This document shows positions 19,994-29,224 of a stretch of DNA of 64,000 nt, in pieces. The notes below the pieces were generated by a model. That model made no database searches. It had not been told where the DNA came from and saw only the letters and a program-made list of their open reading frames with translations. Positions within the stretch are counted from its first letter, which is position 1. Every line of letters begins with the position of its first letter. The stretch is from Elusimicrobiales bacterium (GTDB lineage: Bacteria > Elusimicrobiota > Elusimicrobia > Elusimicrobiales > UBA9959). The stretch is from NCBI GenBank assembly GCA_038204165.1, contig JBBRDG010000001.1:11191-75190 (forward strand). Reading direction: 5' to 3'. Both the position numbers and the translations under genes were made by a program.

Positions 19994-20302
19994 TTAGATT
20001 ATCACTTCGCCGCATTTCTTGCAGGCGCGGAGTTTTTCGCCGCCCTGCACGGCAACTTTAACGCGGGCAGGCTTGCCGCACTTGGGGCAAACCAGCTGCA
20101 CGTTGGAAATGTCCATGGGTGCTTCCACCTTGTGGATGCCGCCCGGCTTGTCCTTGGTGGTCTTCTTGTGCTTATGGACGATGTTAAGGCCCATCACAAC
20201 CACCTTGCCGGTGGCAGGAGTAATCTCTTTGATTTCGCCTTTTTTGCCCTTATCGCGGCCGGTCAGCACCACTACCGTGTCTTTTTTCTTTAGTTTCAGC
20301 AT
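19994..20302 (-). CDS. rplX: 50S ribosomal protein L24 (zinc-ribbon C-terminus)
   Basis: 102 aa. KKDTVVVLTGRDKGKKGEI (KOW) and CPKCGKP...CKKCG, as in Thermus-type L24. Confidence 0.95.
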   Translation of the reverse strand: MLKLKKKDTVVVLTGRDKGKKGEIKEITPATGKVVVMGLNIVHKHKKTTKDKPGGIHKVEAPMDISNVQLVCPKCGKPARVKVAVQGGEKLRACKKCGEVII

Positions 20303-20314
20303 ATTTACCTTCTT

Positions 20315-20683
20315 TTAAATTACTTCGGGAGCGAGCGAAACTATCTTGAGATAATTTTTCGCGCGCAGTTCGCGGGCCACGGGTCCGAACACGCGGGTAC
20401 CTTTCGGTTCGCCGTTCTCGTCTATAACGCAGACGGCATTATCGTCGAAGCGTATGTAGGAACCGTCCGCGCGGCGGACTTCCTTGCGTACGCGAACGAC
20501 CACGGCCTTTACCACTTCGCCCTTCTTTATGGCGCCGTGGGGGATGGCGTCCTTCACCGAGCAGACGACAGTGTCGCCCAGGAAAGCGTAGCGGCGATAG
20601 CTGCCGCCCATCACGTGGAAGCACATGAGTCTGCGGGCGCCGGAGTTATCAGCCACATTCAGCATTGTTCTCAACTGTATCAT
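20315..20683 (-). CDS. rplN: 50S ribosomal protein L14
   Basis: 122 aa. [17 protein letters not shown]...IRFDDNA. Confidence 0.98.
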   Translation of the reverse strand: MIQLRTMLNVADNSGARRLMCFHVMGGSYRRYAFLGDTVVCSVKDAIPHGAIKKGEVVKAVVVRVRKEVRRADGSYIRFDDNAVCVIDENGEPKGTRVFGPVARELRAKNYLKIVSLAPEVI

Positions 20684-20715
20684 AGATCGTTCCTTTTAAT
20701 TGAGCTGGTCAGCCC

Positions 20716-20988
20716 TTACTTCGCGCTCTTCTCTACTATGCGGCTGATCCGCCAGCGCTTAAGCGCGGACAGGGGCCGGGTACTAACAATCTCGACCAGG
20801 TCGCCGCTCTTGGACTCATTGGCTTCGTCGTGGGCGTAGAACTTGTGGTTGCGGCGGAGAGTCTTGTCGTAGAACTTGTGTTTCACGACGTGCTCAACGC
20901 TGACCACGCGGGTCTTGTTCATTTTGTCCGAGACGACTAAGCCGCGTAAAACTTTCCTGTTGGGTCTGATTTCAGTTTTCTCGTTCAT
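20716..20988 (-). CDS. rpsQ: 30S ribosomal protein S17
   Basis: 90 aa. VLRGLVVSDKMNKTRVV...KFYAHDE...GDLVEI. Confidence 0.96.
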   Translation of the reverse strand: MNEKTEIRPNRKVLRGLVVSDKMNKTRVVSVEHVVKHKFYDKTLRRNHKFYAHDEANESKSGDLVEIVSTRPLSALKRWRISRIVEKSAK

Positions 20989-21215
20989 TATTTTTTAACC
21001 TCGGCGCTTTTCTGCTTGGCCAGCTCGCGCTGCCGGAGATAAGTGTTTATCATCGCGATCTTGCGGCGGGCGAGGCGCAGCACCAGCGGGTTCTCTACCG
21101 GCGCGGTGGTGCGCTTGAAGTTTATCTGGAATATCTGTTTCTTGAGATCTGAGGACAGAGCCTTAAGCTCGGCGTCGCCCATGTTCTTCAAGGTTTCCTT
21201 TTCTTTGCTTTTCAT
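20988..21215 (-). CDS. rpmC: 50S ribosomal protein L29
   Basis: 75 aa. LKKQIFQINFKRTTAPVENP...IAMINTYLRQRE. Lies between rplP and rpsQ. Confidence 0.93.
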   Translation of the reverse strand: MKSKEKETLKNMGDAELKALSSDLKKQIFQINFKRTTAPVENPLVLRLARRKIAMINTYLRQRELAKQKSAEVKK

Positions 21216-21233
21216 AGTTAAGGCAACTCCTTC

Positions 21234-21647
<414 letters not shown>

Positions 21648-21669
21648 AGTTATTGCTCCTTAAAATATC

Positions 21670-22410
21670 TCAACCGCGGGGCGTAGAATCCCTGCGGGCG
21701 GCGGCGGACTCGTCCATCACCGGTATCTGGGTAGGGCTCTCGGCTTCCATCTTCTGGAGCTGCTCGCGCAGTTCGCGGGGCGTCTTCGCGAAGAACAGCT
21801 TCTTGAAGATCCATACCTTGATGCCAATCTTGCCCATGCCGGTCAGGGCTTCGGTTAAGCCGTAATCGATGTCGGCGGAGATGGTACCCAGGGGCATGCG
21901 GCCCTTATGGAACCATTCGCGGCGGGCGATCTCGGCGCCACCGAGACGGCCGGAGGCCATCACCTTTATACCCAGGGCGCCGGAACCCATCGTGCGCTCC
22001 ATGGAGCGCTTAATGGCGCGCTTGAAAGAAATGCGCTTCTCGAGCTGCTGGGCTATCGACTGCCCGACGAGGCGGGGGTCGAGCTCGGGAATCTTTATCT
22101 CGGAGACGTTAATAAAGACCTTGCGCTTGGTGAGGCGCTCTACGTCCCGTTTGAGATTCTCTATGTCCGCGCCCTTGCGGCCAATAACTATGCCGGGGCG
22201 GGCGGTATGGATGGTCACCTTGAGGTAGGCGCCGGCCCGTTCGATGTCGACCCAGCTCACGGAGGCCAGGTGGAACCGCTCGGTCACTATACGCCGTATT
22301 TCAAAATCTTCGCCGATCAGTTCCGGCATCTTCTTAGGGGAGAACCAGCGGGACTGCCAGTCCTGAATGTAACCCAGCCTTAAACCTTTAGGATGAATCT
22401 TCTGGCCCAT
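21670..22410 (-). CDS. rpsC: 30S ribosomal protein S3
   Basis: 246 aa. MGQKIHPKGLRLG and GRLGGAEIARREW (KH and S3-C domains). Confidence 0.98.
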   Translation of the reverse strand: MGQKIHPKGLRLGYIQDWQSRWFSPKKMPELIGEDFEIRRIVTERFHLASVSWVDIERAGAYLKVTIHTARPGIVIGRKGADIENLKRDVERLTKRKVFINVSEIKIPELDPRLVGQSIAQQLEKRISFKRAIKRSMERTMGSGALGIKVMASGRLGGAEIARREWFHKGRMPLGTISADIDYGLTEALTGMGKIGIKVWIFKKLFFAKTPRELREQLQKMEAESPTQIPVMDESAAARRDSTPRG

Positions 22411-22411
22411 A

Positions 22412-22768
22412 TTATTTCGCTCCCTTGGTGTCCGAAACCACGACGTTAATGTGACACATTTTGCGCTTGAACGGCATTGCGCGGCCCTGGGGGCCGGGCT
22501 GAACGCGCCTAAGCATCTTCATCGGGCCCTGGTCGGCGCTGGCTTCCTTAACCCAGATGGTCTTAAGGTCCAGTTTCTTGCCGAGCTTAACGGACAGGTT
22601 AGCGCCGGCCGAGCGGATAGCTTTGTCGACGATGTCGGTGGCTATGCGGGGCAGGCTCTCCAGGATGTAATGCGCTTCAAAAAGGGATTTCCCCCTTACG
22701 GCGTCGAGCAGCTGGGCAACCTTGCGGCGGCCGAAGCGCTGGTATCTGAGTTTACATGTAGCGTCCAT
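22412..22768 (-). CDS. rplV: 50S ribosomal protein L22
   Basis: 118 aa. RKVAQLLDAVRGKSLFEA...ADQGPMKMLRRVQPGPQGRAMPFKRKMCHINVVV. Confidence 0.96.
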   Translation of the reverse strand: MDATCKLRYQRFGRRKVAQLLDAVRGKSLFEAHYILESLPRIATDIVDKAIRSAGANLSVKLGKKLDLKTIWVKEASADQGPMKMLRRVQPGPQGRAMPFKRKMCHINVVVSDTKGAK

Positions 22769-22820
22769 AAATTTCTCCGTCTTTATCGCTTAATCTTTGT
22801 TCTCTGGATCTCCACCCGGC

Positions 22821-23108
22821 TTAGGTAAGATCGGTTGCGTCCTTGGTATGCGACTGGCCATGACCCTTGAAGAGCCTGGGGAAAGAGAACTCGCCCAGCT
22901 TGTGGCCGACCATGCGCTCCGTGACGTACACCGGCAGGAACTTGCGGCCGTTGTGCACCATCAGGGTCTGCCCGACAAACTCGGGGGTTATCGTGCAGGC
23001 ACGCGCCCAGGTCTTAATCTGCTTCTTCTCGCCGGACGCCACCACAGCCTGGACTTTTGCCAGGAGTTTCTGATCTACGAAAGGGCCTTTTTTAGATGAT
23101 CTGCTCAT
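22821..23108 (-). CDS. rpsS: 30S ribosomal protein S19
   Basis: 95 aa. [12 protein letters not shown]...[23 protein letters not shown]. Confidence 0.98.
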   Translation of the reverse strand: MSRSSKKGPFVDQKLLAKVQAVVASGEKKQIKTWARACTITPEFVGQTLMVHNGRKFLPVYVTERMVGHKLGEFSFPRLFKGHGQSHTKDATDLT

Positions 23109-23121
23109 TTATATTCTCCTG

Positions 23122-23961
23122 TTAAGCGTTCGTGGACTTGCGCCGGTCCGCTACTATCATCCAGCTCCATATTTTGGACTTGGTCCGGGTCTTGAAGCCC
23201 TTGGAGGGCTGGTTCCACGGAGAGCGGGGCACGTTATTACCCTTGGACCGGCCGCGGCCGCCGCCGAGAGGGTGGTCCGTCGCGTTCATCGCACCGCCGC
23301 GCACGGTGGGCTTTACGCCGATGTGGCGCTGGCGGCCCGCTTTGCCGAGGGTGATAGTGTTATGCTCGATATTACCGACCTGCCCGATAGTGGCCAGGCA
23401 GCCTTTAAGAACTTTGCGGAGTTCGCCGGACGGCATCTTGATCAGGGCGTAGTCGCCCTCTTTGGCCATCAGCTGGGCCTGGGTGCCGGCCGCGCGCACG
23501 AACTGCGCGCCCTTGCCGGGAATCATCTCGATAGCGTGGACGAAAGTACCGTCGGGGATATTGGTGAGAGGCAGCGCGTTGCCGAGGCGGATTTCAGCCT
23601 TGGGGCCGCTCATCACGGAGGCGCCTACGCCCAGGCCAAGAGGGGCCGGGATGTAGCGCTTGTCGCCATCGGCGTAATGCAGCAGGGCTATACGGGCGTT
23701 CCTGTTGGGATCGTACTCGATAGCCGCCACTTTAGCGGGCACGCCGTACTTCTCGCGCTTGAAATCGATGTCGCGCAGGCGGCGGCGATGGCCTCCGCCG
23801 TGGTGGCGGACCATGACCATGCCGGTGTTGTTGCGGCCGCCGTGCTTGCGCAGGCCGGTGGTGAGCTTCTTCTCGGGATCGGTCTTAGTGATCTCCGAGA
23901 AATCGGCGATCTGCATGGTGCGCCGGGAGGGGGTGTAGGGTCTGTATGATTTGATGGGCAT
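23122..23961 (-). CDS. rplB: 50S ribosomal protein L2
   Basis: 279 aa. [19 protein letters not shown] and [15 protein letters not shown]. Confidence 0.98.
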   Translation of the reverse strand: MPIKSYRPYTPSRRTMQIADFSEITKTDPEKKLTTGLRKHGGRNNTGMVMVRHHGGGHRRRLRDIDFKREKYGVPAKVAAIEYDPNRNARIALLHYADGDKRYIPAPLGLGVGASVMSGPKAEIRLGNALPLTNIPDGTFVHAIEMIPGKGAQFVRAAGTQAQLMAKEGDYALIKMPSGELRKVLKGCLATIGQVGNIEHNTITLGKAGRQRHIGVKPTVRGGAMNATDHPLGGGRGRSKGNNVPRSPWNQPSKGFKTRTKSKIWSWMIVADRRKSTNA

Positions 23962-23982
23962 ATCTTTCCGTTCCTATCCTGC

Positions 23983-24273
23983 TTATTTCGGCAGGTCCGT
24001 CATGTCTATTTTCTGGCCGGCCTTAACGGTGACCATGGCTTTCTTCCAGTCGGAGCGGTAGCCTTCGTACCGGCCGACCTTGTGCAGCTTACCGGGCTGG
24101 TTGGCGGTGCGTACCGCGGTAACTTTCACCTTAAAAAGGGTCTCCACGGCCTTCTTGATTTCGCTCTTGTTGGCCTTGGGGTTCACCTTGAAGGTATAGC
24201 GGTTCTCGGTATCCTTCATAATGACGCTTTTTTCGCTGAGTATCGGGGAGATGAGTACTTCCGTGAAATTCAT
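23983..24273 (-). CDS. rplW: 50S ribosomal protein L23
   Basis: 96 aa. ISPILSEKS...YTFKVNPKANKSEIKKAVE.LFKVKV. Confidence 0.96.
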   Translation of the reverse strand: MNFTEVLISPILSEKSVIMKDTENRYTFKVNPKANKSEIKKAVETLFKVKVTAVRTANQPGKLHKVGRYEGYRSDWKKAMVTVKAGQKIDMTDLPK

Positions 24274-24276
24274 GGT

Positions 24277-24900
24277 TTAGTTCTCCTTGAAAGTAGCGGC
24301 GAGGGCCTTAAGGCCGCCCGTCGTGAAAACGACCTTTTCGCTGCGCATCGCTTCGTAAGCGTTCAGGTTCGTCGCAAGGCACCAGCCGAAGTCGGCGATG
24401 TTCTGCGAGGCGGTCTTAAAGTTCTTATCCATCTTGTCGGTGACGAACAGCACGCTCTTCGCATTAAGACCTTTACGAAGGTCCTTGAGCTGGCTGGTCT
24501 TGGGGATCTCAAGGGCGAGATTCTCCATCACCATCACGGCGCCGTCGATAGCGCGGGAGGAAAGGGCTTCGATCAGGCCCTGGCGAAGCTTCTGCATCGG
24601 CAGATACTGGCGGAAAGAGCGGGGCTTGGGGCCGAAGCACACGCCGCCTTTGCGCCAGATCGGCGAGCGGGTGGAGCCGGCGCGGGCGCGGCCGGTGCCC
24701 TTCTGCTTCCAGGGCTTCTTACCGCCGCCGGACACTTCGGCGCGGGTCTTGGTAGACGCCGTGCCGCGGTGCTTGTTGGCAAGGTAATACATTATTACTT
24801 CGTGGATGAAGTAGGGATCGGGCTTCACGGAGAAAAGAACTTCCGGAAGGCTGACTTTACCTACTTCCTGTCCTTTCAGGTTTAAAAGTTTAGTTTCCAT
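24277..24900 (-). CDS. rplD: 50S ribosomal protein L4
   Basis: 207 aa. GGGKKPWKQKGTGRARAGSTRSPIWRKGG. Confidence 0.97.
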   Translation of the reverse strand: METKLLNLKGQEVGKVSLPEVLFSVKPDPYFIHEVIMYYLANKHRGTASTKTRAEVSGGGKKPWKQKGTGRARAGSTRSPIWRKGGVCFGPKPRSFRQYLPMQKLRQGLIEALSSRAIDGAVMVMENLALEIPKTSQLKDLRKGLNAKSVLFVTDKMDKNFKTASQNIADFGWCLATNLNAYEAMRSEKVVFTTGGLKALAATFKEN

Positions 24901-24921
24901 TTTTTATCCTCGTTTCAGCTC

Positions 24922-25701
24922 TTACTTCTTGGCGGCCGGCTTCTTGGCTGCGGCGGCTTTGTTGACGGCGCTCTTGTTCTTGGAGACCAGGTTGGCCTTA
25001 GGAGCGGGGATCTTCTTGTTGGTGAGGGTAATATACACCATGCTGCCTTTGGCGCCGGGGATACCACTGTTAATGAGGATCAGGTTAAGCTCCGGGATGA
25101 CCTTCATGATCCTGACTTTCTGCACGGAGACGGTGTCCACACCCATGTGGCCGGCCATGCGCTGGCCCGGGAGCACGCGCCCGAGGGAGCGGCGGGAACC
25201 CAGCGAACCCGGGGCCCTTTCCCTGTCGGAGGCGCCGTGGGAAGCGGGGCCGCCGGCGAAGCCGTGGCGTTTCATGCCGCCGGCGAAGCCTTTACCCTTG
25301 CTGGTCGCCTGCACGTCCACCCACTCGCCCTCAACAAAACGTTCCACGCTGGCGGTCTGTCCGGCTTCCGCGCCGGCCAGGTCGGCCACGCGGAATTCCT
25401 TCATGTGGCGGATGGGCTTGGAATTCAGTTTTTTGGCTAGGCCGTTCTCCGCGGCGTTCGCGCGCTTCTCTTCTTTGTGCCCGAAGCCGAGGCAGACAGC
25501 CTGGTAGCCGTCCTTCGCCTGCGTGCGGGTGTAGGCCACGCGGCACGGTCCGGCTTTCACGACGGTGACGGCGAAAAGAGAGCCGGCGGCGTCGAAAAGC
25601 TGGGTCATGCCCATCTTCTGGCCTACGAGAAATTTATGGTTGACGGGGAGAACCTGGGCTTCAGGTTTCGCCTCGACGTTAGTTTTATTTTCTTCTGTCA
25701 T
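24922..25701 (-). CDS. rplC: 50S ribosomal protein L3 (short N-terminal and Lys/Ala-rich C-terminal extensions)
   Basis: LVGQKMGMTQLF and FAGGMKRHGFAGGPASHG. Start set at ATG 25701 (MTEENK...), preceded by AAGGAG 8 nt upstream. The track ORF runs on to 25878 without homology. Confidence 0.93.
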   Translation of the reverse strand: MTEENKTNVEAKPEAQVLPVNHKFLVGQKMGMTQLFDAAGSLFAVTVVKAGPCRVAYTRTQAKDGYQAVCLGFGHKEEKRANAAENGLAKKLNSKPIRHMKEFRVADLAGAEAGQTASVERFVEGEWVDVQATSKGKGFAGGMKRHGFAGGPASHGASDRERAPGSLGSRRSLGRVLPGQRMAGHMGVDTVSVQKVRIMKVIPELNLILINSGIPGAKGSMVYITLTNKKIPAPKANLVSKNKSAVNKAAAAKKPAAKK

Positions 25702-25891
25702 AGCATCCGCTCCTTGGTGAGCCGTATTCTCTGTACGGCGCCGATTGTGCGCGACCGAATTACTAGCCTGGGCCGCGTACGTGCGCTGTCCTTTTGATCG
25801 CCGTGTTGAATCGTCCTGCTCTTTTCCGACGGTAAACTCCCGGCTTTCACGTCGGGAAGCTTCCGCGGTAAAGAACAAACGAACAAACCGC

Positions 25892-25920
25892 GCCGGAACT
25901 TTACTGCTTCCGGTTTTTTT
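25892..25920. terminator. terminator-shaped hairpin inside the rplC leader (A7-stem-loop-T7)
   Basis: CCGGAA (25893-25898) pairs with TTCCGG (25908-25913). T7 follows on the plus strand. On the sense (minus) strand it is followed by cgcgguuuguucguuuguucuuu. Confidence 0.4.
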
Positions 25921-26080
25921 AAAACAATATTTTTAGTTTCTATGATTAAGCCCGCAGGTGAAGGGAATCAAGGCCGCTTCATCTATAGGGCCGCTGCCCG
26001 TATTCTTTCGAACGCGACAGCGTGATAAAAACTGCTTTTTCAAAGAAACCGCAGCGTTGCCGCAGTTTTACTACAGTTTT

Positions 26081-26109
26081 ATTATAACAAACGGCGCCAT
26101 ATTAGTCAA
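26081..26109 (-). promoter_or_regulatory. sigma70-type promoter of the ribosomal-protein array
   Basis: Minus strand reads TTGACT (26109-26104), 17 nt, TATAAT (26086-26081). An A/T tract (aaaaagaataaaaaaata) lies immediately upstream. Confidence 0.6.
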
Positions 26110-26172
26110 AGGTATTTTTTTATTCTTTTTCAGCGCGCTTTTATTGCACTAAGAAAACCTGGCAATGACATA

Positions 26173-26547
26173 CTAAAACTTCGCGGCGAACGCCAGCACG
26201 TGCCCATCCCTATCCAGGCTGTAAGCGGCCTTATGGCCCCAGTCCCTGGGCCCCAACGGGCTCAGTTCCGTGGCCCCCGCGGCCAGCGCGCGGGCATGGC
26301 AAGCGGCGGGATCCCCTACTATAAGGTAGACCTCGGCCCTGGCCCCCCCGCGGTTTTCGGGGTCCGGCAGGCCCGGCAGCAGTCTTTTTACGCCTTTTTC
26401 GGGCATCAGGCCCAGAACACAGCCTCCTGAGAGTTCAAACTCGGTCATCCCGGGGACGTCAAGCCGGGGCGCCAGGTCCAAAGCAATGGCATAGAAATCT
26501 CTGCTCCTGGCCTGGTCCTTCACGTAAAGGATGAAATTAGCGTTCAT
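26173..26547 (-). CDS. VOC (glyoxalase/bleomycin-resistance/dioxygenase fold) family protein
   Basis: 124 aa. N-terminal LYVKDQARSRDFY and C-terminal GHKAAYSLDRDGHVLAF, a pattern typical of small VOC proteins. Confidence 0.6.
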   Translation of the reverse strand: MNANFILYVKDQARSRDFYAIALDLAPRLDVPGMTEFELSGGCVLGLMPEKGVKRLLPGLPDPENRGGARAEVYLIVGDPAACHARALAAGATELSPLGPRDWGHKAAYSLDRDGHVLAFAAKF

Positions 26548-26565
26548 ATATAGTAACTATATTAT

Positions 26566-26578
26566 ATTATAGCAAATG
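26566..26578 (-). promoter_or_regulatory. extended -10 promoter (CATTTGCTATAAT) of the VOC gene
   Basis: Member of the TTTGnTAnAAT family. 18 nt to the ATG. Confidence 0.45.
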
Positions 26579-26615
26579 CTGATAAAAATGCGGGGTTTCT
26601 GCCGAAAACGAAAAA

Positions 26616-28595
26616 TTGGCGGTTATATTTAATAGAATAGACAGGGTGAAACTACTGTCCGGCAAGAAGAACGGCCTGATTTATAGCCTGCGCCGCTGCG
26701 CCGCGCTCGCCATAGACGGCGCGCTGCGCCTGGCGGTCTTCGCCGCGACGCGCCTGCTCTACCGCATGGAGGTAAGCGGCGTGGAAAACCTGCCCAAAGG
26801 ACCGGCCCTGCTGGTAAGCAACCATATCTCTTACGTTGACGCCCTGCTCCTGATCGCCGCCCAGCGGCGCAGGATCCATTTCCTGATGACCAGGGAAATC
26901 TACGAAGGCTGGGCCCTCCTTACGCCGGTGTTCCGCGCAATGGGCTGCATCCCCATCGAGATGAGCGATCCCCCAAAAAAAATAATCGGGTCCCTGCGCC
27001 AGGCCCGGGAGTGGCTGGACGAGGGCGGTCTGGTCTGCATTTTCGCCGAAGGCACCCTCACGCGCATCGGCATGCTGAGGGAGTTCCGCAAGGGCTTCAC
27101 CAAGATCGTGAAGAACAGCTCCCACCCTATCGTCCCGGTCTACATTGGCGGGGCCTGGGGCACCATCACCAGCCACTACCACGGCAAGTTCATCCTGAGC
27201 TGGCGCGGCTGGCCGCGGGATTCGGTCTCCGTGCTTTTCGGCAAGCCGCTCCCCTCCGGCCTGGAACCGGCGGAAGTCAGGCTGGCCGTAATGGAGCTCT
27301 CCTGCGATTATTTCGAAGGCAGAAAAGCCGGGCGCGGCGGCCTGGCGCGCGAATTCATAAGGACGGCCCGCCGGAACCGGGGCCGCGCGGCCGTCGCCGA
27401 CAGCGCCGGCAGGACACTCACTTACGGCGCCTGCCTGGAACGGGCGCTGGCCCTCGCCGGCCCACTCGGGAAGAAGGCGGCGGATCAGCGCAACGTCGGG
27501 GTGCTGCTGCCGCTCTCCGCCGGCGGCGCGCTGGCGAACCTGGCCGCGGTGCTCGCCGGCAAGGTCCCGGTGAACCTGAACTATACCCTTTCAGAAAAAG
27601 CCCTGCGCGCTTCCATCGAGCAGTGCGGGATCAGTACCATAATCACGTCCCGCGGCTTCGTTCGCGCGGAGAACATACTGCTGCCGGCGAATTCAGCGCT
27701 GTACGTAGAAGACAAGGCCGGCGGCGGCCTGCTCTCCATGCTGAAAGCCAGGTTCGCTCCGGCGGCGCTGCTGGCCGGGCGCGAGGACCCCGACGCCGCC
27801 GCCGCCGTGGTCTTCACTTCCGGCGCCTCCGGCCCGGCTAAGGCCGTCATGCTGAGCCACCAAAATATTCTGGCCGGCGTCGAGTCCCTGCGTATCATCT
27901 TCGACCTCGGGAACAAGGACGGGATTTGTTCCGCCCTCCCCCTTTTCCACCCCCTGGGCTGCGCGGCCTCGCTCTGGTACCCGCTGCTGAGCGGGGTGCC
28001 GGCCTACTACCATTCCAACCCGCTCGACGTGCGCGCAATTGCCAGGCTGGCCCGGGAGAACGGCGCCACCGTGCTGTTCACCACCCCGGCGCTGCTCAGG
28101 CTGTATACGCGCCGGACCCGCAAAGAGGACCTGGCGACCCTTCGCTACGTCATCGCCGGCGGCAAGAAGCTGCCGCCTGCGCTAGCGGGTCTGTTCGAAG
28201 ATAAATTCGGCCTTCGCCCGCTGGAAGCTTACGGCTCGGCGGAAGTCTCGCCGGCGGCGGCGCTCTCGGTTCCCCACTTCAACAGGGCGCCTAATTTCCA
28301 GAGCGGCTGGAAAGAAGGTTCCGCCGGCCTGCCGGCGCCCGGCGTGGCCATGAAGGTGGAGGACCCGGTCACCGGTAAGCCTCTGCCGGCCGGGCAGGAA
28401 GGCGAACTGCTGATAAAAGGCCCCGCCGTAATGAAGGGCTACCTGGGCCGCCCGGAGCTTACCGCTTACGCCCTGCGCGGCGGCTGGTATCACACCGGCG
28501 ACGCGGCGAGCATCGACGAAGAGGGCTTTATTCACGTCTCAGGCAGACTGAAGCCAGCGGACCGGGCGGCGCTCCCGCGCGCCGCGGTTTCTTGA
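26616..28595 (+). CDS. Aas-like fusion: PlsC-type lysophospholipid acyltransferase plus AMP-forming acyl-ACP/CoA synthetase, lacking the C-terminal adenylation subdomain
   Basis: 659 aa from a TTG start (N-terminus uncertain). HX4D box NHISYVD. Adenylation motifs FTSGASGPAKAV, YGSAEVS and GWYHTGD...GFIHVSGRLK. The ORF stops 14 aa after GRLK. Confidence 0.75.
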   Translation: MAVIFNRIDRVKLLSGKKNGLIYSLRRCAALAIDGALRLAVFAATRLLYRMEVSGVENLPKGPALLVSNHISYVDALLLIAAQRRRIHFLMTREIYEGWALLTPVFRAMGCIPIEMSDPPKKIIGSLRQAREWLDEGGLVCIFAEGTLTRIGMLREFRKGFTKIVKNSSHPIVPVYIGGAWGTITSHYHGKFILSWRGWPRDSVSVLFGKPLPSGLEPAEVRLAVMELSCDYFEGRKAGRGGLAREFIRTARRNRGRAAVADSAGRTLTYGACLERALALAGPLGKKAADQRNVGVLLPLSAGGALANLAAVLAGKVPVNLNYTLSEKALRASIEQCGISTIITSRGFVRAENILLPANSALYVEDKAGGGLLSMLKARFAPAALLAGREDPDAAAAVVFTSGASGPAKAVMLSHQNILAGVESLRIIFDLGNKDGICSALPLFHPLGCAASLWYPLLSGVPAYYHSNPLDVRAIARLARENGATVLFTTPALLRLYTRRTRKEDLATLRYVIAGGKKLPPALAGLFEDKFGLRPLEAYGSAEVSPAAALSVPHFNRAPNFQSGWKEGSAGLPAPGVAMKVEDPVTGKPLPAGQEGELLIKGPAVMKGYLGRPELTAYALRGGWYHTGDAASIDEEGFIHVSGRLKPADRAALPRAAVS

Positions 28596-28635
28596 TATAC
28601 TGGTTTAATTATTCAGTTCGGATCCAGGAGGAAAG

Positions 28636-29214
28636 ATGCTTAAAATTACCGCTTTCAACTGCAGCGCCAGGAAGGACGGCAACACCGCTATCCTGCTTAA
28701 GGCCGCCCTGGCCGAACTGGCCGCGGCCGGCTTCGAGACGGAACTGGTTCAGCTGGCCGGCAAACCGCTAAGGGGCTGCACCGCCTGCGGCGGCTGCTTC
28801 AAGAACAAGGACAAGCGCTGCGTGCTGCCGGACGACGGGCTGAACGGTTACATTGAGAAGATGGACGCCTCCGCCGGCATCCTGATCGGCTCGCCGACTT
28901 ATTTTGCCGACGTCAGCTCCGAGGCCAAGGCGCTTATAGACCGCGCGGGGTTCGTGAGCATAGCCAACGGCGGGCTCTTCCGGCGCAAGGCCGGCGCCGC
29001 GGTAATAGCCGTACGCCGGGGCGGCGCGGTACACGCGTTCGACACTATCAACCACTTCTTCACCATCAGCCAGATGATCATTCCCGGCTCCAACTACTGG
29101 AACGTGGGCATAGGCCGCGAGGCCGGCGAAGTGGAGAAGGATACGGAAGGCATGGCCACCATGAAAGTTCTCGGCGAGAACATGGCCTGGCTGCTCAAGA
29201 AGCTGCACGCCTGA
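28636..29214 (+). CDS. flavodoxin-fold NADPH-dependent FMN reductase / iron-sulfur flavoprotein family
   Basis: 192 aa. AFNCSARKDGNTAILL, CTACGGC and IGSPTYFADVS. AGGAGG SD upstream. Confidence 0.75.
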   Translation: MLKITAFNCSARKDGNTAILLKAALAELAAAGFETELVQLAGKPLRGCTACGGCFKNKDKRCVLPDDGLNGYIEKMDASAGILIGSPTYFADVSSEAKALIDRAGFVSIANGGLFRRKAGAAVIAVRRGGAVHAFDTINHFFTISQMIIPGSNYWNVGIGREAGEVEKDTEGMATMKVLGENMAWLLKKLHA

Positions 29215-29224
29215 CCGCCGCGCC

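Noticed and set aside
25940-26010. Possible SRP RNA-like motif (aggtgaagggaatcaaggc) or another small RNA gene in the region upstream of rplC.
   Set aside because: It only loosely resembles the conserved AGGUCCGGAAGGAAGCAGC core, and no matching helix could be drawn. It is better explained as part of the rplC leader.
25958-26152. 64-aa plus-strand ORF in the AT-rich region upstream of rplC.
   Set aside because: It has no SD, a hydrophobic low-complexity translation, and overlaps the strong minus-strand promoter. Most likely non-coding.
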